A stretch of 63,689 nt of DNA, filler included, from Octopus bimaculoides (lineage: Eukaryota), in NCBI RefSeq assembly GCF_001194135.2. It is 5 parts of 5 records of this genome, joined end to end, with 100 filler letters (N's around TTAATTAATTAA, not from the genome) between each part and the next. Parts side by side here need not be neighbours in the genome. Positions count along the whole stretch, not along the records: positions 1 to 31,862 come from NC_068986.1; positions 31,963 to 49,276 come from NC_068999.1; 3 more parts are not named here. The stretch is one strand, 5' to 3'. Below the pieces are notes generated by a model. The model was not told the DNA's origin. It worked only from the letters and a program-made list of their open reading frames with translations, and did no database searches. The first letter of the stretch is position 1. Every line of letters starts with the position of its first letter. A program made the translations under genes and the position numbers. Of this stretch, positions 24,119 through 37,825 are shown in pieces.

Positions 24119-25098
24119 ATAGGAGAAAGTGGGTATGTAGATCTTAGATGCATACACACAAATACATGCACACACTGAGTCAGAATAAAGACGAGATCGT
24201 CACGATTGGGATGTCTTTGGTTGAATTTGCGCACGAATTACAACTACCACGGATTTTGTTTTTTCGTTTTTTTTTTTTGTTTTGCATGCCATCAACACCG
24301 TAGTATTAACTAGGGACTAACTATAAACCCCTAGTTAATACGAGGTCAATACAACTGCTCGTCCTTATCTGTTCACCTGGCCATAACACCACACACACAC
24401 ACACACACATACCTGCATATATTTACATNNNNNNNNNNAATACGAGGTCAATACAACTGCTCGTCCTTATCTGTTCACCTGGCCATAACACCACACACAC
24501 ACACACACACATACCTGCATATATTTACATACAACCATACACACACATATATGTAACGTACACGCCCTTCCTCTCCCCCCCCCCACACACACACTCATGT
24601 TGTAGTGATAATCTCACCTCCCACTTCACCTCCGCCCTTCATCTGTTTCGTTTACTTTCTTATTCATTTGCTCTCCGTAATCTCTTGCTAATTCCCTTAT
24701 TGCCTTTACTCTTCTCCACCCCCACCTCCGACATCCACCATTTACCTTTCACGTTCTTATTTCCCTCCACCCTCCCATCTCTCTCTCCCTCTCTGTCTTT
24801 GTGCCTGTCTCTTCCTACTCCTCCTGTTACTTTCTACCTCTGCCTTCTCCTGTACTACTCTCCTCTCTCCTTACACACTCTAAGTAGGACCCCCGTATAG
24901 CAAGTTCTATAATTTATAGTTGTTTCCTGACATTCAGGCTTCAAAGTATGCCTGTACACACACACACACACACACATATATATGTGTGTGTATGTGTATG
25001 TATGTGTATACATATATTTATGTATATGTATGTGTGTATATATATTTATGCATATGCATGTGTGTATATACATATTTATGTATGTGTGTGTATGTATG

Positions 25099-25137
<39 letters not shown>

Positions 25138-25589
25138 GTGTATGTGTGTAGAATATAAATGTATGTATGTATATGTGTATATATATAATCTGTATGTGTT
25201 TCAGAGTGGGGGGAAGGGAGACGGTGGAATCGTATACAGTTAACCAACATCCCCTTTCCTTCATCCCCTCTCCGCCACCCCCTAGTCTACTGATAAAACC
25301 TCTTTCTCTCTTTATCCTCTCATTCTTTCTTTTCTCTCCCTCTCTCTCACTCTCTCCCTTTCTCTCACTCTCTCCCCACATATATATGTATAGATATACA
25401 CACAAACATACATAAATATAAGGGGTGTATAAATCTCTTCTCTATTCTATCACTCTATCATTCTCTCTCTCACCCCTCTCTCTCTCTCTCACCTCTCTCT
25501 CTCACCCCTCTCTCTCATCCCTCTCTCTCTCAATCTATTTTCGTCTCATTTATACAGTTTTTGTTTTTTATCTTTCATTCTTTATTCTA

Positions 25590-26060
25590 TCACTCATTCC
25601 CCCATCTTTCATTCACTCACACTCTCACTCATCCCTCATCTCTCTCATTCACTCTCTCACTCATCCCTCATCTCTCTCATTCACTCACACTCACTCATTC
25701 CTCATCTCTCTCATTCACTCTCTCACTCATCCTTCACCTCTTTCATTCACTCCCATTCATCCCTCATCTCTCTCATTCACTCTCTCACTCATCCCTCATC
25801 TCTCTCATTCACTCTCTCATTCACTCACACTCTCACTCATTCCTCATCTCTCTCATTCACTCTCACTCATCCCTCATCTCTCTCATTCACTCCCATTCAT
25901 CCCTCATCTCTCTCATTCACTCAAACTCTCACTCATTCCTCATCTCTCTCATTCACTCACACTCTCACTCATTCCTCATCTCTCTCATTCACTCTCTCAC
26001 TCACCCTTCACCTCTTTCATTCACTCTCACTCATCCCTCATCTCTCACATTCACTCACAC
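25590..26060. repeat. Pyrimidine minisatellite (TCATCCCTCATCTCTCTCATTCAC-type units, ~26-32 bp)
   Basis: Repeated unit within a longer (TC)-rich tract. Confidence 0.85.
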
Positions 26061-26422
26061 TCTTGCTCATTCATCTATCTTTTTACATTCACTCTCATTC
26101 ATTCAATTCTTTCATTCATCTTCCGATTCCCTCTTTCACTTCGCTCATCTCCAGCTCTCTCTCCTTCACTTTCACTCCTCTTACCCCATCTATCTTCATC
26201 CTCTCTTTCACCCAGTTTGCCTTTTACTTTCTCTCCCTTTCTCTCACTCCTAAATTCACTCATTCCCCCCCCCCACCGTTCACTCAATCTTTCTCATCCC
26301 TCTCACTCATTCCCCAACTATCTCATTAATTCCCTTATCTTCTCTTTCCCACACTCACCTGTTTTCTCTTTCTCTCTAAAGAGTAACACTCATCTCCTTC
26401 CCCACACTTCACTCACTCTCTT

Positions 26423-26465
<43 letters not shown>

Positions 26466-26859
26466 AAGCTTACTTCTCACACTCTCTCACTCATTCACAC
26501 ACACACACACACACTCTCTCCTCCTGTCCCTCCAACAATAACAGCTCACAAACCTACATAAAACAGTTTAAAAAAAGTTAGAAAAGAAAGGAAAGAAGGA
26601 TAGAAAGAAGAAAGGAAGGAAAATAGAGAGAAAGAAGCTGCCACCACCAATCTGAGAAAAAGCCCGTATGTAGGTGAAATACCAAATAAATCAGAAAACG
26701 TCTATGTTTTTTATGTCTCTGGCTTGTCAAAGAAGTTTAGCATAACTCTGTTGTTTAGGGCCAACTCCAGCACTAGAATGAACACTGTAATAGTTAAAGG
26801 CCGCTACCATTCCCAGAACAACTCTCAGAATCATCAATGGCTGAGGGTTGTTTATTTCG

Positions 26860-27271
26860 CTTCGTAGATAGACTGGTATAGATAGATAGACAGAGAAATA
26901 GATTGGTGTAGAGACGGACAAGACAAACGCAGTGGTATATTGAAAGATAGACAGATAGACTGGTATAAAGATAGGCAGATAAAGTGATTGATCTAGAGAC
27001 AGACAGACGGAGATCGACAGGCAGATAGACTGGTACAGAGATAGACAGGTGACTTGGGTTGATAGAGTGACAGATAGACTGATTGGTATAGGGAGGTAGA
27101 TAGATTGGTGTAGAGGTAGACAGGGTTTGACATTGCTATAAAAATAGACAGAGTTTGACATAAACATAGACAGGCAGGTAGACAGGCACGGTAACAGGTG
27201 AATAGATTGGTAGGGAGACAGAGAGATTGGTATAGAGATAGACATACAAGTAGACTGGTGTAGAGACAGAC

Positions 27272-27303
<32 letters not shown>

Positions 27304-27600
27304 TGATTGGCCTAGAGATAGACAGACAGATTGGTATTGCGGAAGGTAAAACAGACAGATAGACTGGTGTAGAGATACGGATAGGAGAATAGTAATGAGA
27401 TAGAGATACAAGCAAGAGGATTGGCGGACCTTATAGGAAGATAGAAAAACAGACAGGTAAGCAGGTGAATAGCTATTGATATAAACAAATATAGAGATTT
27501 AGACAAAGAGATGTGTAAGTAGTATAGAGGGGTAGACGGATTAGTTTTAAGATACAATAGATAAACTGAAATATATGGTATAGTGATAGACAAATTAGTA
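26860..27600. repeat. Degenerate (GATA/GACA)n tract with recurring GA(C/T)TGGT(A/G)TAG
   Basis: Direct inspection. Confidence 0.8.
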
Positions 27601-27625
27601 CACGCTCACCTTCACATACACACAT

Positions 27626-28030
27626 AGGCTCACTCGTGGCAGTGTGGTAAGAAGTTAGCTTCCGGGTTCAGTCCCACTCCGTGGCGTCTTGGGCAAATGT
27701 CTTCTTACTATAAGCTAGCACTGACCATATCTTTGCGAATGAATTTGATAGCCGGAAACTGAAAGAAGCTCGTCGTATGTATTTGTATGCATGTATGTAT
27801 GTGTTTGTAGAGTGTGTGTGTGTGTGTGTCACGATTACTTGACAACCGGTGTTGGTTTGTTTGCGTCTTCCTAACTTAGAGGTTCGACAAATACAACCGG
27901 TAGGATAAAGCACCAGGCTTAGAAGAAAAAAAAAGTACTGTCGTAGTCAATTTGTTCAACTAAAAACCCACTCAGGGCGGTGCCCCCAGTATGGCCGCAA
28001 CCCACTGACTGAAACATGTAAAAGATAACA
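27626..28030 (+). mobile_element. SINE family A
   Basis: Head with a small deletion, core and tail. Confidence 0.88.
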
Positions 28031-29795
28031 GATAAATTGGCACAGAGATAGCTAGACAAATTGGTATAGAGATNNNNNNNNNNNNNNNNNNNNNNNNNNN
28101 NNNNNNNNNNNNNNNNNNNNNNNNNNNNNNNNNNNNNNNNNNNNNNNNNNNNNNNNNNNNNNNNNNNNNNNNNNNNNNNNNNNNNNNNNNNNNNNNNNNN
28201 NNNNNNNNNNNNNNNNNNNNNNNNNNNNNNNNNNNNNNNNNNNNNNNNNNNNNNNNNNNNNNNNNNNNNNNNNNNNNNNNNNNNNNNNNNNNNNNNNNNN
28301 NNNNNNNNNNNNNNNNNNNNNNNNNNNNNNNNNNNNNNNNNNNNNNNNNNNNNNNNNNTATATATGTATGTACGTAGTCCAGATAGACATGAATAGAGAT
28401 AAACTGAAAGTCTGCATGCCTCTGTGTGGAGAGAGAGAGAGAGAGAAGTAGGTAGATACACAACGCAAAGTACAAGAGCTCTAACAGCATAACAATAGCC
28501 CTTTTCTGGAGACAAACTTTGACATCAGCTCCCATTCACTGTCATAAATATGAAACCTTAAGACAGACTTGGCTTGAATAGAAACAACAGGCCCTTAATA
28601 GACATCTACTAAGCCTTGGCGTTGGGGGACCCCAAAAAATTTTTACCCACCCCTACACTCGCTTGCACACACTACTCTCTCTCTCTCTCTTTCGTTTTCA
28701 CATACACCATTCTCCACCCCCCTCCGTTTTTTTTTTCATTTCTTCCTCCTATCCCTCCCCCCTCTCTCTCTGTTTGCTAATCTAATGCAACACAGCCTGG
28801 GACATATTCGCTTTCTTTGTGCTCTACTCTTTCTAAATTTATTTCTCCCCTTTGACNNNNNNNNNNNNNNNNNNNNNNNNNNNNNNNNNNNNNNNNNNNN
28901 NNNNNNNNNNNNNNNNNNNNNNNNNNNNNNNNNNNNNNNNNNNNNNNNNNNNNNNNNNNNNNNNNNNNNNNNNNNNNNNNNNNNNNNNNNNNNNNNNNNN
29001 NNNNNNNNNNNNNNNNNNNNNNNNNNNNNNNNNNNNNNNNNNNNNNNNNNNNNNNNNNNNNNNNNNNNNNNNNNNNNNNNNNNNNNNNNNNNNNNNNNNN
29101 NNNNNNNNNNNNNNNNNNNNNNNNNNNNNNNNNNNNNNNNNNNNNNNNNNNNNNNNNNNNNNNNNNNNNNNNNNNNNNNNNNNNNNNNNNNNNNNNNNNN
29201 NNNNNNNNNNNNNNNNNNNNNNNNNNNNNNNNNNNNNNNNNNNNNNNNNNNNNNNNNNNNNNNNNNNNNNNNNNNNNNNNNNNNNNNNNNNNNNNNNNNN
29301 NNNNNNNNNNNNNNNNNNNNNNNNNNNNNNNNNNNNNNNNNNNNNNNNNNNNNNNNNNNNNNNNNNNNNNNNNNNNNNNNNNNNNNNNNNNNNNNNNNNN
29401 NNNNNNNNNNNNNNNNNNNNNNNNNNNNNNNNNNNNNNNNNNNNNNNNNNNNNNNNNNNNNNNNNNNNNNNNNNNNNNNNNNNNNNNNNNNNNNNNNNNN
29501 NNNNNNNNNNNNNNNNNNNNNNNNNNNNNNNNNNNNNNNNNNNNNNNNNNNNNNNNNNNNNNNNNNNNNNNNNNNNNNNNNNNNNNNNNNNNNNNNNNNN
29601 NNNNNNNNNNNNNNNNNNNNNNNNNNNNNNNNNNNNNNNNNNNNNNNNNNNNNNNNNNNNNNNNNNNNNNNNNNNNNNNNNNNNNNNNNNNNNNNNNNNN
29701 NNNNNNNNNNNNNNNNNNNNNNNNNNNNNNNNNNNNNNNNNNNNNNNNNNNNNNNNNNNNNNNNNNNNNNTCGATCATTCTACCTCTCTATACCT

Positions 29796-29925
29796 ATTGG
29801 TTTCAAATGTTGGCACGAGGCCATTAGGCTTGGGGGAAGGGAAAGAGTGGAATTTGAACGCAGAACGTAAAGACGTACGCAATCTCGCAAAGCGTTTTTT
29901 TTTTTACATCTGTGGTAACGATTCT
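29796..29925 (-). mobile_element. SINE family B, internally deleted
   Basis: Tail fused directly to head (GGAATTTGAACGCAGAACG); central domain missing. Confidence 0.7.
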
Positions 29926-30171
29926 TATTTCTTTATTGCCCACAAGGGGCTAAACATAGAGGGGACAAACAAGGACAGACAAAGGGGTTAAGTCGATTAC
30001 ATCAAGTACCAGTTTCGCACTGGTGCGAAACTGGTACTTGATTTATCGACCCCCTAAAGGATGAAAAGCAAAGTCCACCTCGGCGGAATTTGAACTCAGA
30101 ACGTAGCGACAGACGAAACACCGCTAAGCGTTTCGGCCGGCCTGCTAACGATTCTGCCATCTTGTCACCTT
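29926..30171 (-). mobile_element. SINE family B, alternative-tail variant, containing a 42-bp palindrome
   Basis: Standard head and central domain; tail TATTTCTTTATTGCCCACAAGGGGC differs from other copies. Confidence 0.9.
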
Positions 30172-30292
30172 GAGTGTGAGTATTATATCAATTATTATGA
30201 TTAATAATTACACGCCCATATGCTCACGCACACACGCATGCAAATGCATACACACACGCACACACATACACACACACACACTCACACACAAT

Positions 30293-30510
30293 GCGGCGAG
30301 CTGGCAGAATCGTTGCATGCTGGGTGAAGTGTTTAGCAACATTTCGTCAGCCTTTACGTCCTGAGTTCGAATTCCGCCGAGATCGACTTTGCCTTTAATT
30401 CTTTCGGGGATCGATAAATTAAGTACCAGTGAAATACTGGTGTCGATGTGATCGACTTAACCTCTCCCCCCAAAATTTCGGGTCTTGTACCTTTAGTAGA
30501 AAGCATTATT
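30293..30510 (+). mobile_element. SINE family B, full length
   Basis: Complete + copy. Confidence 0.92.
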
Positions 30511-30630
30511 ATACTCATGATTGTGTATTTGTGTGTGTGTGTGTGTGAGAGAGAGAATTCGTGTCCATTTGCATGTGTGTGAGCATATAGGCGTGTAATT
30601 TTTAAATTAATCATTATTATATTAACGATT

Positions 30631-31012
30631 GTGGAGGCGCAATGGCCCAGTGGTTAGGGCAGCGGACTCGCGGTCATAGGATCGCGGTTTCGATTCCCAG
30701 ACCGGGCGTTGTGAGTGTTTATTGAGTGAAAACACCTAAAAGCCTCACGATGCTCCGGCAGGGGATGGTGGTGAACCCTACTGTACTCTTTCACCACAAC
30801 TTTTTCTCACTCTTACTTCCTGTTTCTGTTGTACCTGTAATTCAAAGGGTCAGCCTTATCACACTGTGTCACGCTGAATATCCCCGAGAACTACGTTAAG
30901 GGTACACGTGTCTGCGGAGTGCTCAGCCACTTGCACGTTAATTTCACGAGCAGGCTGTTCCGTTGATCGGATCAACTGGAACCCTCGACATCGTAACCGA
31001 CGGAGTGTCAGC
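30631..31012 (+). mobile_element. SINE family C, full length with 12-bp TSD
   Basis: ATATTAACGATT at 30619-30630 and 31013-31024. Confidence 0.95.
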
Positions 31013-31028
31013 ATATTAACGATTACAT

Positions 31029-31247
31029 AAGGCGGCGAGCTGGCCGAATCGTTAGCACGCCGGGTAAAATGCTTAGCGATTTTTCGTTCGTCTTTACGTT
31101 CTGAGTTCAAACTCTGCCGAGGTCGACTCTACCTTTTATCCTTTCAGGTCGATGAAAAGAGTAGCAGTCAAGCACTAGGGTTGATGTAATCGATTATCCT
31201 CTCTCTGAAAAAATTTCAGGCCTTGTGCCTATAGTAGAAAATATTAT
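31029..31247 (+). mobile_element. SINE family B, full length
   Basis: Complete + copy. Confidence 0.92.
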
Positions 31248-31589
31248 ATTAATGATTACATGCGCATGTGTGTGTGTGTATGTGTGTGTGTGTGTGTGAT
31301 TATTGCTGAAAAGTAAGGAAGATGCAATGCCACACAGTGAAGACAGGAAAAGGTTTTCATTCTGGTCAAAAAAATGTCGGAGTGAGCTGACTGTTAGTAA
31401 CGTTAATGCTGCCTGAGATTTTTAATTACATTAACATTACACACGTGTCTTCGGAATACCCGACCATGTACGCAACTGATTTCAAAGAACGAGTTGGCTG
31501 TTCAGTTGATCGAGTAGTCAACAACGATAGAGAATCCATTGTGTGTGTGTGTGTGTGTGTGTTTATATGTGTATGGGCACATGTGTGTG

Positions 31590-31622
<33 letters not shown>

Positions 31623-31862
31623 ATATATATATATGTATATACATATATATGTGTGTATATATATGTATATATTTATATATATATATGTATATACATACAT
31701 ATATATATATATATGTGTGTGTGTATATATATGTATATATGTATATACATATATATATGTGTGTATATATATGTATATACATACATATATATATATGTGT
31801 GTCGGTATATATACATATATATATATATAAATATATATATATGTAGGTATATATACATATAT

Positions 31863-31962
31863 NNNNNNNNNNNNNNNNNNNNNNNNNNNNNNNNNNNNNN
31901 NNNNNNTTAATTAATTAANNNNNNNNNNNNNNNNNNNNNNNNNNNNNNNNNNNNNNNNNNNN
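31863..31962. other. Artificial scaffold-join linker N44-TTAATTAATTAA-N44
   Basis: Exactly 100 bp; identical structure four times in the window. Confidence 0.95.
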
Positions 31963-32129
31963 ATATATATGGACACAGCTAGTCACCTACACTTTTCTCT
32001 GCAAAATAGGGATAGTTTATCCTGTTCAGGCTATATTATTAGCATTATTCTGCGATTGAGAATTTATAAAATCACTTCTTTAACTTTCTAAAAAAGACAT
32101 CTCAACGCTTCTAAAAGCAAGCTTCGCTT

Positions 32130-32355
32130 GTTTATTTACGTTTGCCGTAATTTGAATTTATATATATATATAATACAAGTAATAAATGAGTATATGCATA
32201 TATACGTACATGTATGTACATACTTACATCTACCTGTATATATAGATGCATATCTGGGTACAGGACATTGCAAACAAAACGTAAACAATATGATAAACAA
32301 AGTACAGAAAACACACAGGCCACTAGAGAGCATTTCCTTCATCAGCTGCCACCAT
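32130..32355 (-). mobile_element. Penelope-like terminal-repeat remnant
   Basis: Minus strand GCTGATGAAGGAAATGCTCTCTAG followed by a T-rich body like 7601-7669; no second hammerhead half. Confidence 0.3.
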
Positions 32356-32368
32356 TCTAAAACTAAGC

Positions 32369-32412
<44 letters not shown>

Positions 32413-32805
32413 NNNNNNNNNNNNNNNNNNNNNNNNNNNNNNNNNNNNNNNNNNNNNNNNNNNNNNNNNNNNNNNNNNNNNNNNNNNNNNNNNNNNNNNN
32501 NNNNNNNNNNNNNNNNNNNNNNNNNNNNNNNNNNNNNNNNNNNNNNNNNGCCTCCACCGCTAGAAGGCACTTGATGCGACCCTCAAGCATCAGTCTGCTG
32601 ATCGGCGTCTTCTGCTGGGGTCGTATTGCTACGTGGAGAGTCTTTGTTTTGTAGTGTTTCTCCCCTGTTGGTCGACTTCCATTTTCTCTTTCCTTCACCC
32701 ACCCTCTCTCTCACACTCCACTCTGTCGTAGACAATGAAACGAGTAGGTATAAACACCGACACACGTACACAGAAGCACTCGTTCACATGCGAGTGCGCC
32801 CAAAG

Positions 32806-32844
<39 letters not shown>

Positions 32845-32892
32845 GTACGCACGGTGGATTCTTCGTCGGTACCGATAATGGATTTGGGAAAG

Positions 32893-32923
<31 letters not shown>

Positions 32924-32959
32924 TATAATAATAATAATATTGATAATAATTTTATCATA

Positions 32960-33128
32960 AAGGTTGCAATTTTGGGGGACCCAGTGTTCAACTGGTACTT
33001 ATTTTATAAACCCGAATGGATGAACGAGAAAGTCGGCCTCGGCAGAATTTGAACTCAGAACGTAACGATGGGCGAAATGTCGCTAAGCATTTCGTCCAGC
33101 GTGCTAACGATTCTACCAGCTCGCCGCC

Positions 33129-33130
<2 letters not shown>
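32960..33130 (-). mobile_element. SINE family B
   Basis: Head and central domain, deletion in the tail. Confidence 0.88.
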
Positions 33131-33204
<74 letters not shown>

Positions 33205-33239
33205 TGATGATGATGATGATGATGATTTCTTTATTACTG

Positions 33240-33367
33240 CATTTGTGCTTTGTTTATCGACCTCGAAAGAATGAAAGGCAAAGTTGGCGCCAGCAGGATT
33301 TGAGCTCAGGGCTCGGAGAACCGGAACGAATACTGCATGACATTTTGTTCGAACCTGCAACGACTTC
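33240..33367 (-). mobile_element. SINE family B, degenerate
   Basis: TTTATCGACCTCGAAAGAATGAAAGGCAAAGT. Confidence 0.75.
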
Positions 33368-33396
33368 AGAAATTTACTGCATTACACACATGCACA

Positions 33397-33428
<32 letters not shown>

Positions 33429-33765
33429 TGCACACACTCACACATGCACATACTCACACATACATGCACACGCACACACACATACGCACAGACATGCACA
33501 CGCTCACACATACATACACACACATGCACACACTCACATGCATTCACACACACACAGCACACAAGCGCATACACGTATACACACACACAAAAATGCATAA
33601 ACGTCCACAAACACACACACACACACACACAAACACATGCATGCATACATGCACACACATACGTATACATAACAAAATACAGAGACACACACATATATAT
33701 AAATATACTAAGAAACAGCACACATGTAGCGCATGCACAGAGCGAGAGGGAGAGGAAGAGGTAGG

Positions 33766-33805
<40 letters not shown>

Positions 33806-34200
33806 AAGGGGGAAAGAGAGAGAAAGAAGATGTAAGAGAGAGAGAGAGTGAAAGAGAGAGAGTGAAAGAGAGAGAGAGAGAGACTTCAAAATAGACATTC
33901 AATAATAAAACGCAGTCACAGGTACACAACAAACGACACACGGACACACACACACATACACATACACACATACAAACGCACATACATATACCTATGCGAA
34001 AAACAGACACATGCCTGTATTCACGCATACATATTGTTACACAGAAGCATATATGCCTACATATACACATCCACTCATACACATACACACACACGTATAT
34101 CTGCTGACGCACACATCTACACCCATAGACCTCCACACGCACACAGACACCACTCACGTACATATACACCTACATAAACTTACATTCATACATACATACA

Positions 34201-34356
34201 TGTGGCTGTGGTATGTAGCTTGCTTTCCAGCCACATGGTTCCGGGTTCAATCCCTCTGCGTGACACCTTGGGCGAGCGTCTTCTACTATAGCCACGGGCC
34301 GAGCAATGCCTTGTCAGTGGATTTGGTAGACGGAAACTGAAAGAAGCTCATCATAT

Positions 34357-34401
<45 letters not shown>

Positions 34402-34596
34402 TGTGCGTGTGTTTGTCCCCCACCATCGCTTGACAACCGATGTTGGTGTGTTTAGGTCCCTGTAACTTAGAGGTTCGGCAAAATATACCGATAGAATAAG
34501 TACTAGGCTTACAAAGAATAATCCTTGGGGTCGATTCGTTCGACTGAAGGCGGTGCTCCAGCATGGCCGCAGTCAAAATGACTGAAGCAAGTAAAA
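34201..34596 (+). mobile_element. SINE family A, full length
   Basis: All modules present. Confidence 0.92.
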
Positions 34597-34601
34597 TATA
34601 C

Positions 34602-34635
<34 letters not shown>

Positions 34636-35209
34636 TATATNNNNNNNNNNNNNNNNNNNNNNNNNNNNNNNNNNNNNNNNNNNNNNNNNNNNNNNNNNNN
34701 NNNNNNNNNNNNNNNNNNNNNNNNNNNNNNNNNNNNNNNNNNNNNNNNNNNNNNNNNNNNNNNNNNNNNNNNNNNNNNNNNNNNNNNNNNNNNNNNNNNN
34801 NNNNNNNNNNNNNNNNNNNNNNNNNNNNNNNNNNNNNNNNNNNNNNNNNNNNNNNNNNNNNNNNNNNNNNNNNNNNNNNNNNNNNNNNNNNNNNNNNNNN
34901 NNNNNNNNNNNNNNNNNNNNNNNNNNNNNNNNNNNNNNNNNNNNNNNNNNNNNNNNNNNNNNNNNNNNNNNNNNNNNNNNNNNNNNNNNNNNNNNNNNNN
35001 NNNNNNNNNNNNNNNNNNNNNNNNNNNNNNNNNNNNNNNNNNNNNNNNNNNNNNNNNNNNNNNNNNNNNNNNNNNNNNNNNNNNNNNNNNNNNNNNNNNN
35101 NNNNNNNNNNNNNNNNNNNNNNNNNNNNNNNNNNNNNNNNNNNNNNNNNNNNNNNNNNNNNNNNNNNNNNNNNNNNNNNNNNNNNNNNNNNNNNNNNNNN
35201 NTGCATAGG

Positions 35210-35335
35210 CACCTGTACGCATGAATATATGCATACACAAATATGTCTACATATACAGAAACTCCACACACACATCTACACACACACATAAAGCATTGCA
35301 CACACGCACAGGCACACATCCTACATATACAACTG

Positions 35336-35366
<31 letters not shown>

Positions 35367-36133
35367 ACACACACACACACAGACCTTCTTACCTTCACCT
35401 ACACGCATAAAGAACTTCACATACGCATACACACACATCTACATACACAGACATATACATAAACACACGCATGCATCTACACAAACACACACATGCCTAT
35501 GTATATATACACATCCACCATACAAACACTTACACATCCATCGTATACATACACATGCACAGGTACATAAATCTCCACATACAACTACACACACATTACT
35601 CACCACACACACACGCACGCACGCACACACACATGCGTACACACGCCTACACATACATACCTCTACGACACACGCATGCACACAGAGACACACATACGTG
35701 CGCATACACACCATCAACCCTCAAAACGTATGTCCACACACACCTCCACCACACACAGACACACACGCGCACACACATACGCACACACACAAACCTACAT
35801 GTGTACTCACACAGATACACACATACGTACCCATACACACCTCTACCACGCACACACATGCACACACACAAATTCACACACGCACTCACACACACAAATG
35901 CATTCAAACACACTTCAACCACTCACACACGCGTGCCGGCACACACATACACGCCGGCACACACACACTCACACATTCGCACGCAAACACACTTTCACCA
36001 CATACACACTCCGGCACTCACATACACGCCGGCACACACACACACACACACGCATACGCACGCAAACACATTTCCACCACACACACACACACCGGCATAC
36101 ACATACACGCCTGCACACACACACACACTTCCA

Positions 36134-36205
<72 letters not shown>
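35210..36205. repeat. Degenerate (CA)n tract with ~60-bp higher-order subrepeat at 35920-36140
   Basis: CATACACGCCGGCAC and CGCACGCAAACAC recur. Confidence 0.85.
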
Positions 36206-36207
<2 letters not shown>

Positions 36208-36726
36208 CCTCTACAGGCCAGTGGTTCTGTGTCTCCTTCTTCCAATTTCACCATTATTTCATTCAGATGTCAATCTTTCTTTAGTTCCACCATTCAATAC
36301 AAGAAAAGTTCTTCAGAAATACCACCCCTTTAGAATACAAAGACACCCATTCTTCTATTTTTGTCTCTGAACTTACCTCCCACATTCTAATATCACCATC
36401 GCACTCCCCTCCTTTTTTTAGCTATTTCTTAAGGGATTTTTTTCTTTGGCATTTTTTTTTACTTTCTCTTTCTCTTCTAGATTCCTTTTTCTGTTCTGTT
36501 TACTGTTTTTCTGCTGCTGGGGCTGGTGATGGTGGCGGTGGCGGTGTGCTGCTGCTGCTGTCCCTGGTCTTTTATTCCATGAATTTCCCTCAGTCCTATT
36601 ATATTCTTAAAGACCAGAAGTTTATTTTCAATCATTCATATACTCGCCTATACACTCTCACTCTCTTTACTCTCTCCCCTCTGCCTTTTTTCTTTCTTTC
36701 TTTCATTCTTTCTTTCTTTCTTTCAT

Positions 36727-36781
<55 letters not shown>

Positions 36782-36903
36782 CTCTCTCTGTCCGTAATAT
36801 ATTTTCCTTTAGTTGACTTATACCCTCTCACTGTCGCTTATTTCAATTTCATTTTCACTATTTCTGTCTGTCTGTTTGTCTTCCACTCTCTCGCTTTCCT
36901 TTA

Positions 36904-36939
<36 letters not shown>

Positions 36940-37180
36940 TCTCTCATGCGTCATCTCTTTCTCCCTCTAACTGTACATCTCTTTCTTTCTATCTCTCTAT
37001 GTATATATATATATATATAGCCAAATCAAATAAACGAACAATAAAATCAACAATAACAAACAGCAAGAGGACATGAACAAGGAATGTATTAATTTGACGC
37101 TCAATANNNNNNNNNNNNNNNNNNNNNNNNNNNNNNNNNNNNNNNNNNNNNNNNNNNNNNNNNNNNNNNNNNNNNNNNNN

Positions 37181-37224
<44 letters not shown>

Positions 37225-37825
37225 TGTGTGTATATAAGATATGTATTTTATTCCGCTTAGCGATTTCTTTTTAAACTTTCTTCGTATTGTGAACATGTTA
37301 TTCTAAAACTGTTCCTCTTCAACTTTATTCTTTTCTCCCAAATGTTTTACGTGCTGTTGTTGTTGTTGCTGTTATCGTTAATGTTGTTGTTGTTGTCACT
37401 GTTGCCGCCGTCGTGCCCTCCGCCGCCCATGCTGCTCTAGCTGTCGTTTTTGTCGTCGCCGTTTTCGCTCTTATGTCTTGCTCAAATACTAGAAAAGAAT
37501 CAGACAAAAAAAAAAAAAAATTGTGAAGTGAATTGACAATTTACAGAACGATGAATAAATATGTCTTTGCAGAATATTTAATTAACTCTGCATCTCTTTT
37601 TTTTTTTTTCGTTCTTTAGTTCAAATCTTACCAAAGTCAGCCTTGTCCCCTTTTATCCTTCCAGGGCCGATGAGTTTTAACTAGCTGTGAAGTACTAGGA
37701 TCTATATAAATGGGCTGAACGTCCGTTACTTTCACCACCACCACCACCACCACCACCATCATCTTGATCGCAACCGCCACCACCACAAAATTTGCGCCGT
37801 TGCACCTATATTTCTCTGTTACTCA

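Noticed and set aside
24337-24529. ~90-bp tandem duplication
   Set aside because: Essentially identical copies abut a 10-N gap, typical of an unmerged contig overlap.
31907-31918. TTAATTAATTAA as a biological motif or piggyBac site
   Set aside because: Always centred in exactly 44+44 N, so a synthetic linker.
32550-32780. Protein-like minus frames (KTLHVAIRPQQ...; KRKWKSTN...)
   Set aside because: No pyrimidine tract or acceptor, no homeodomain consensus, and truncated by a gap.
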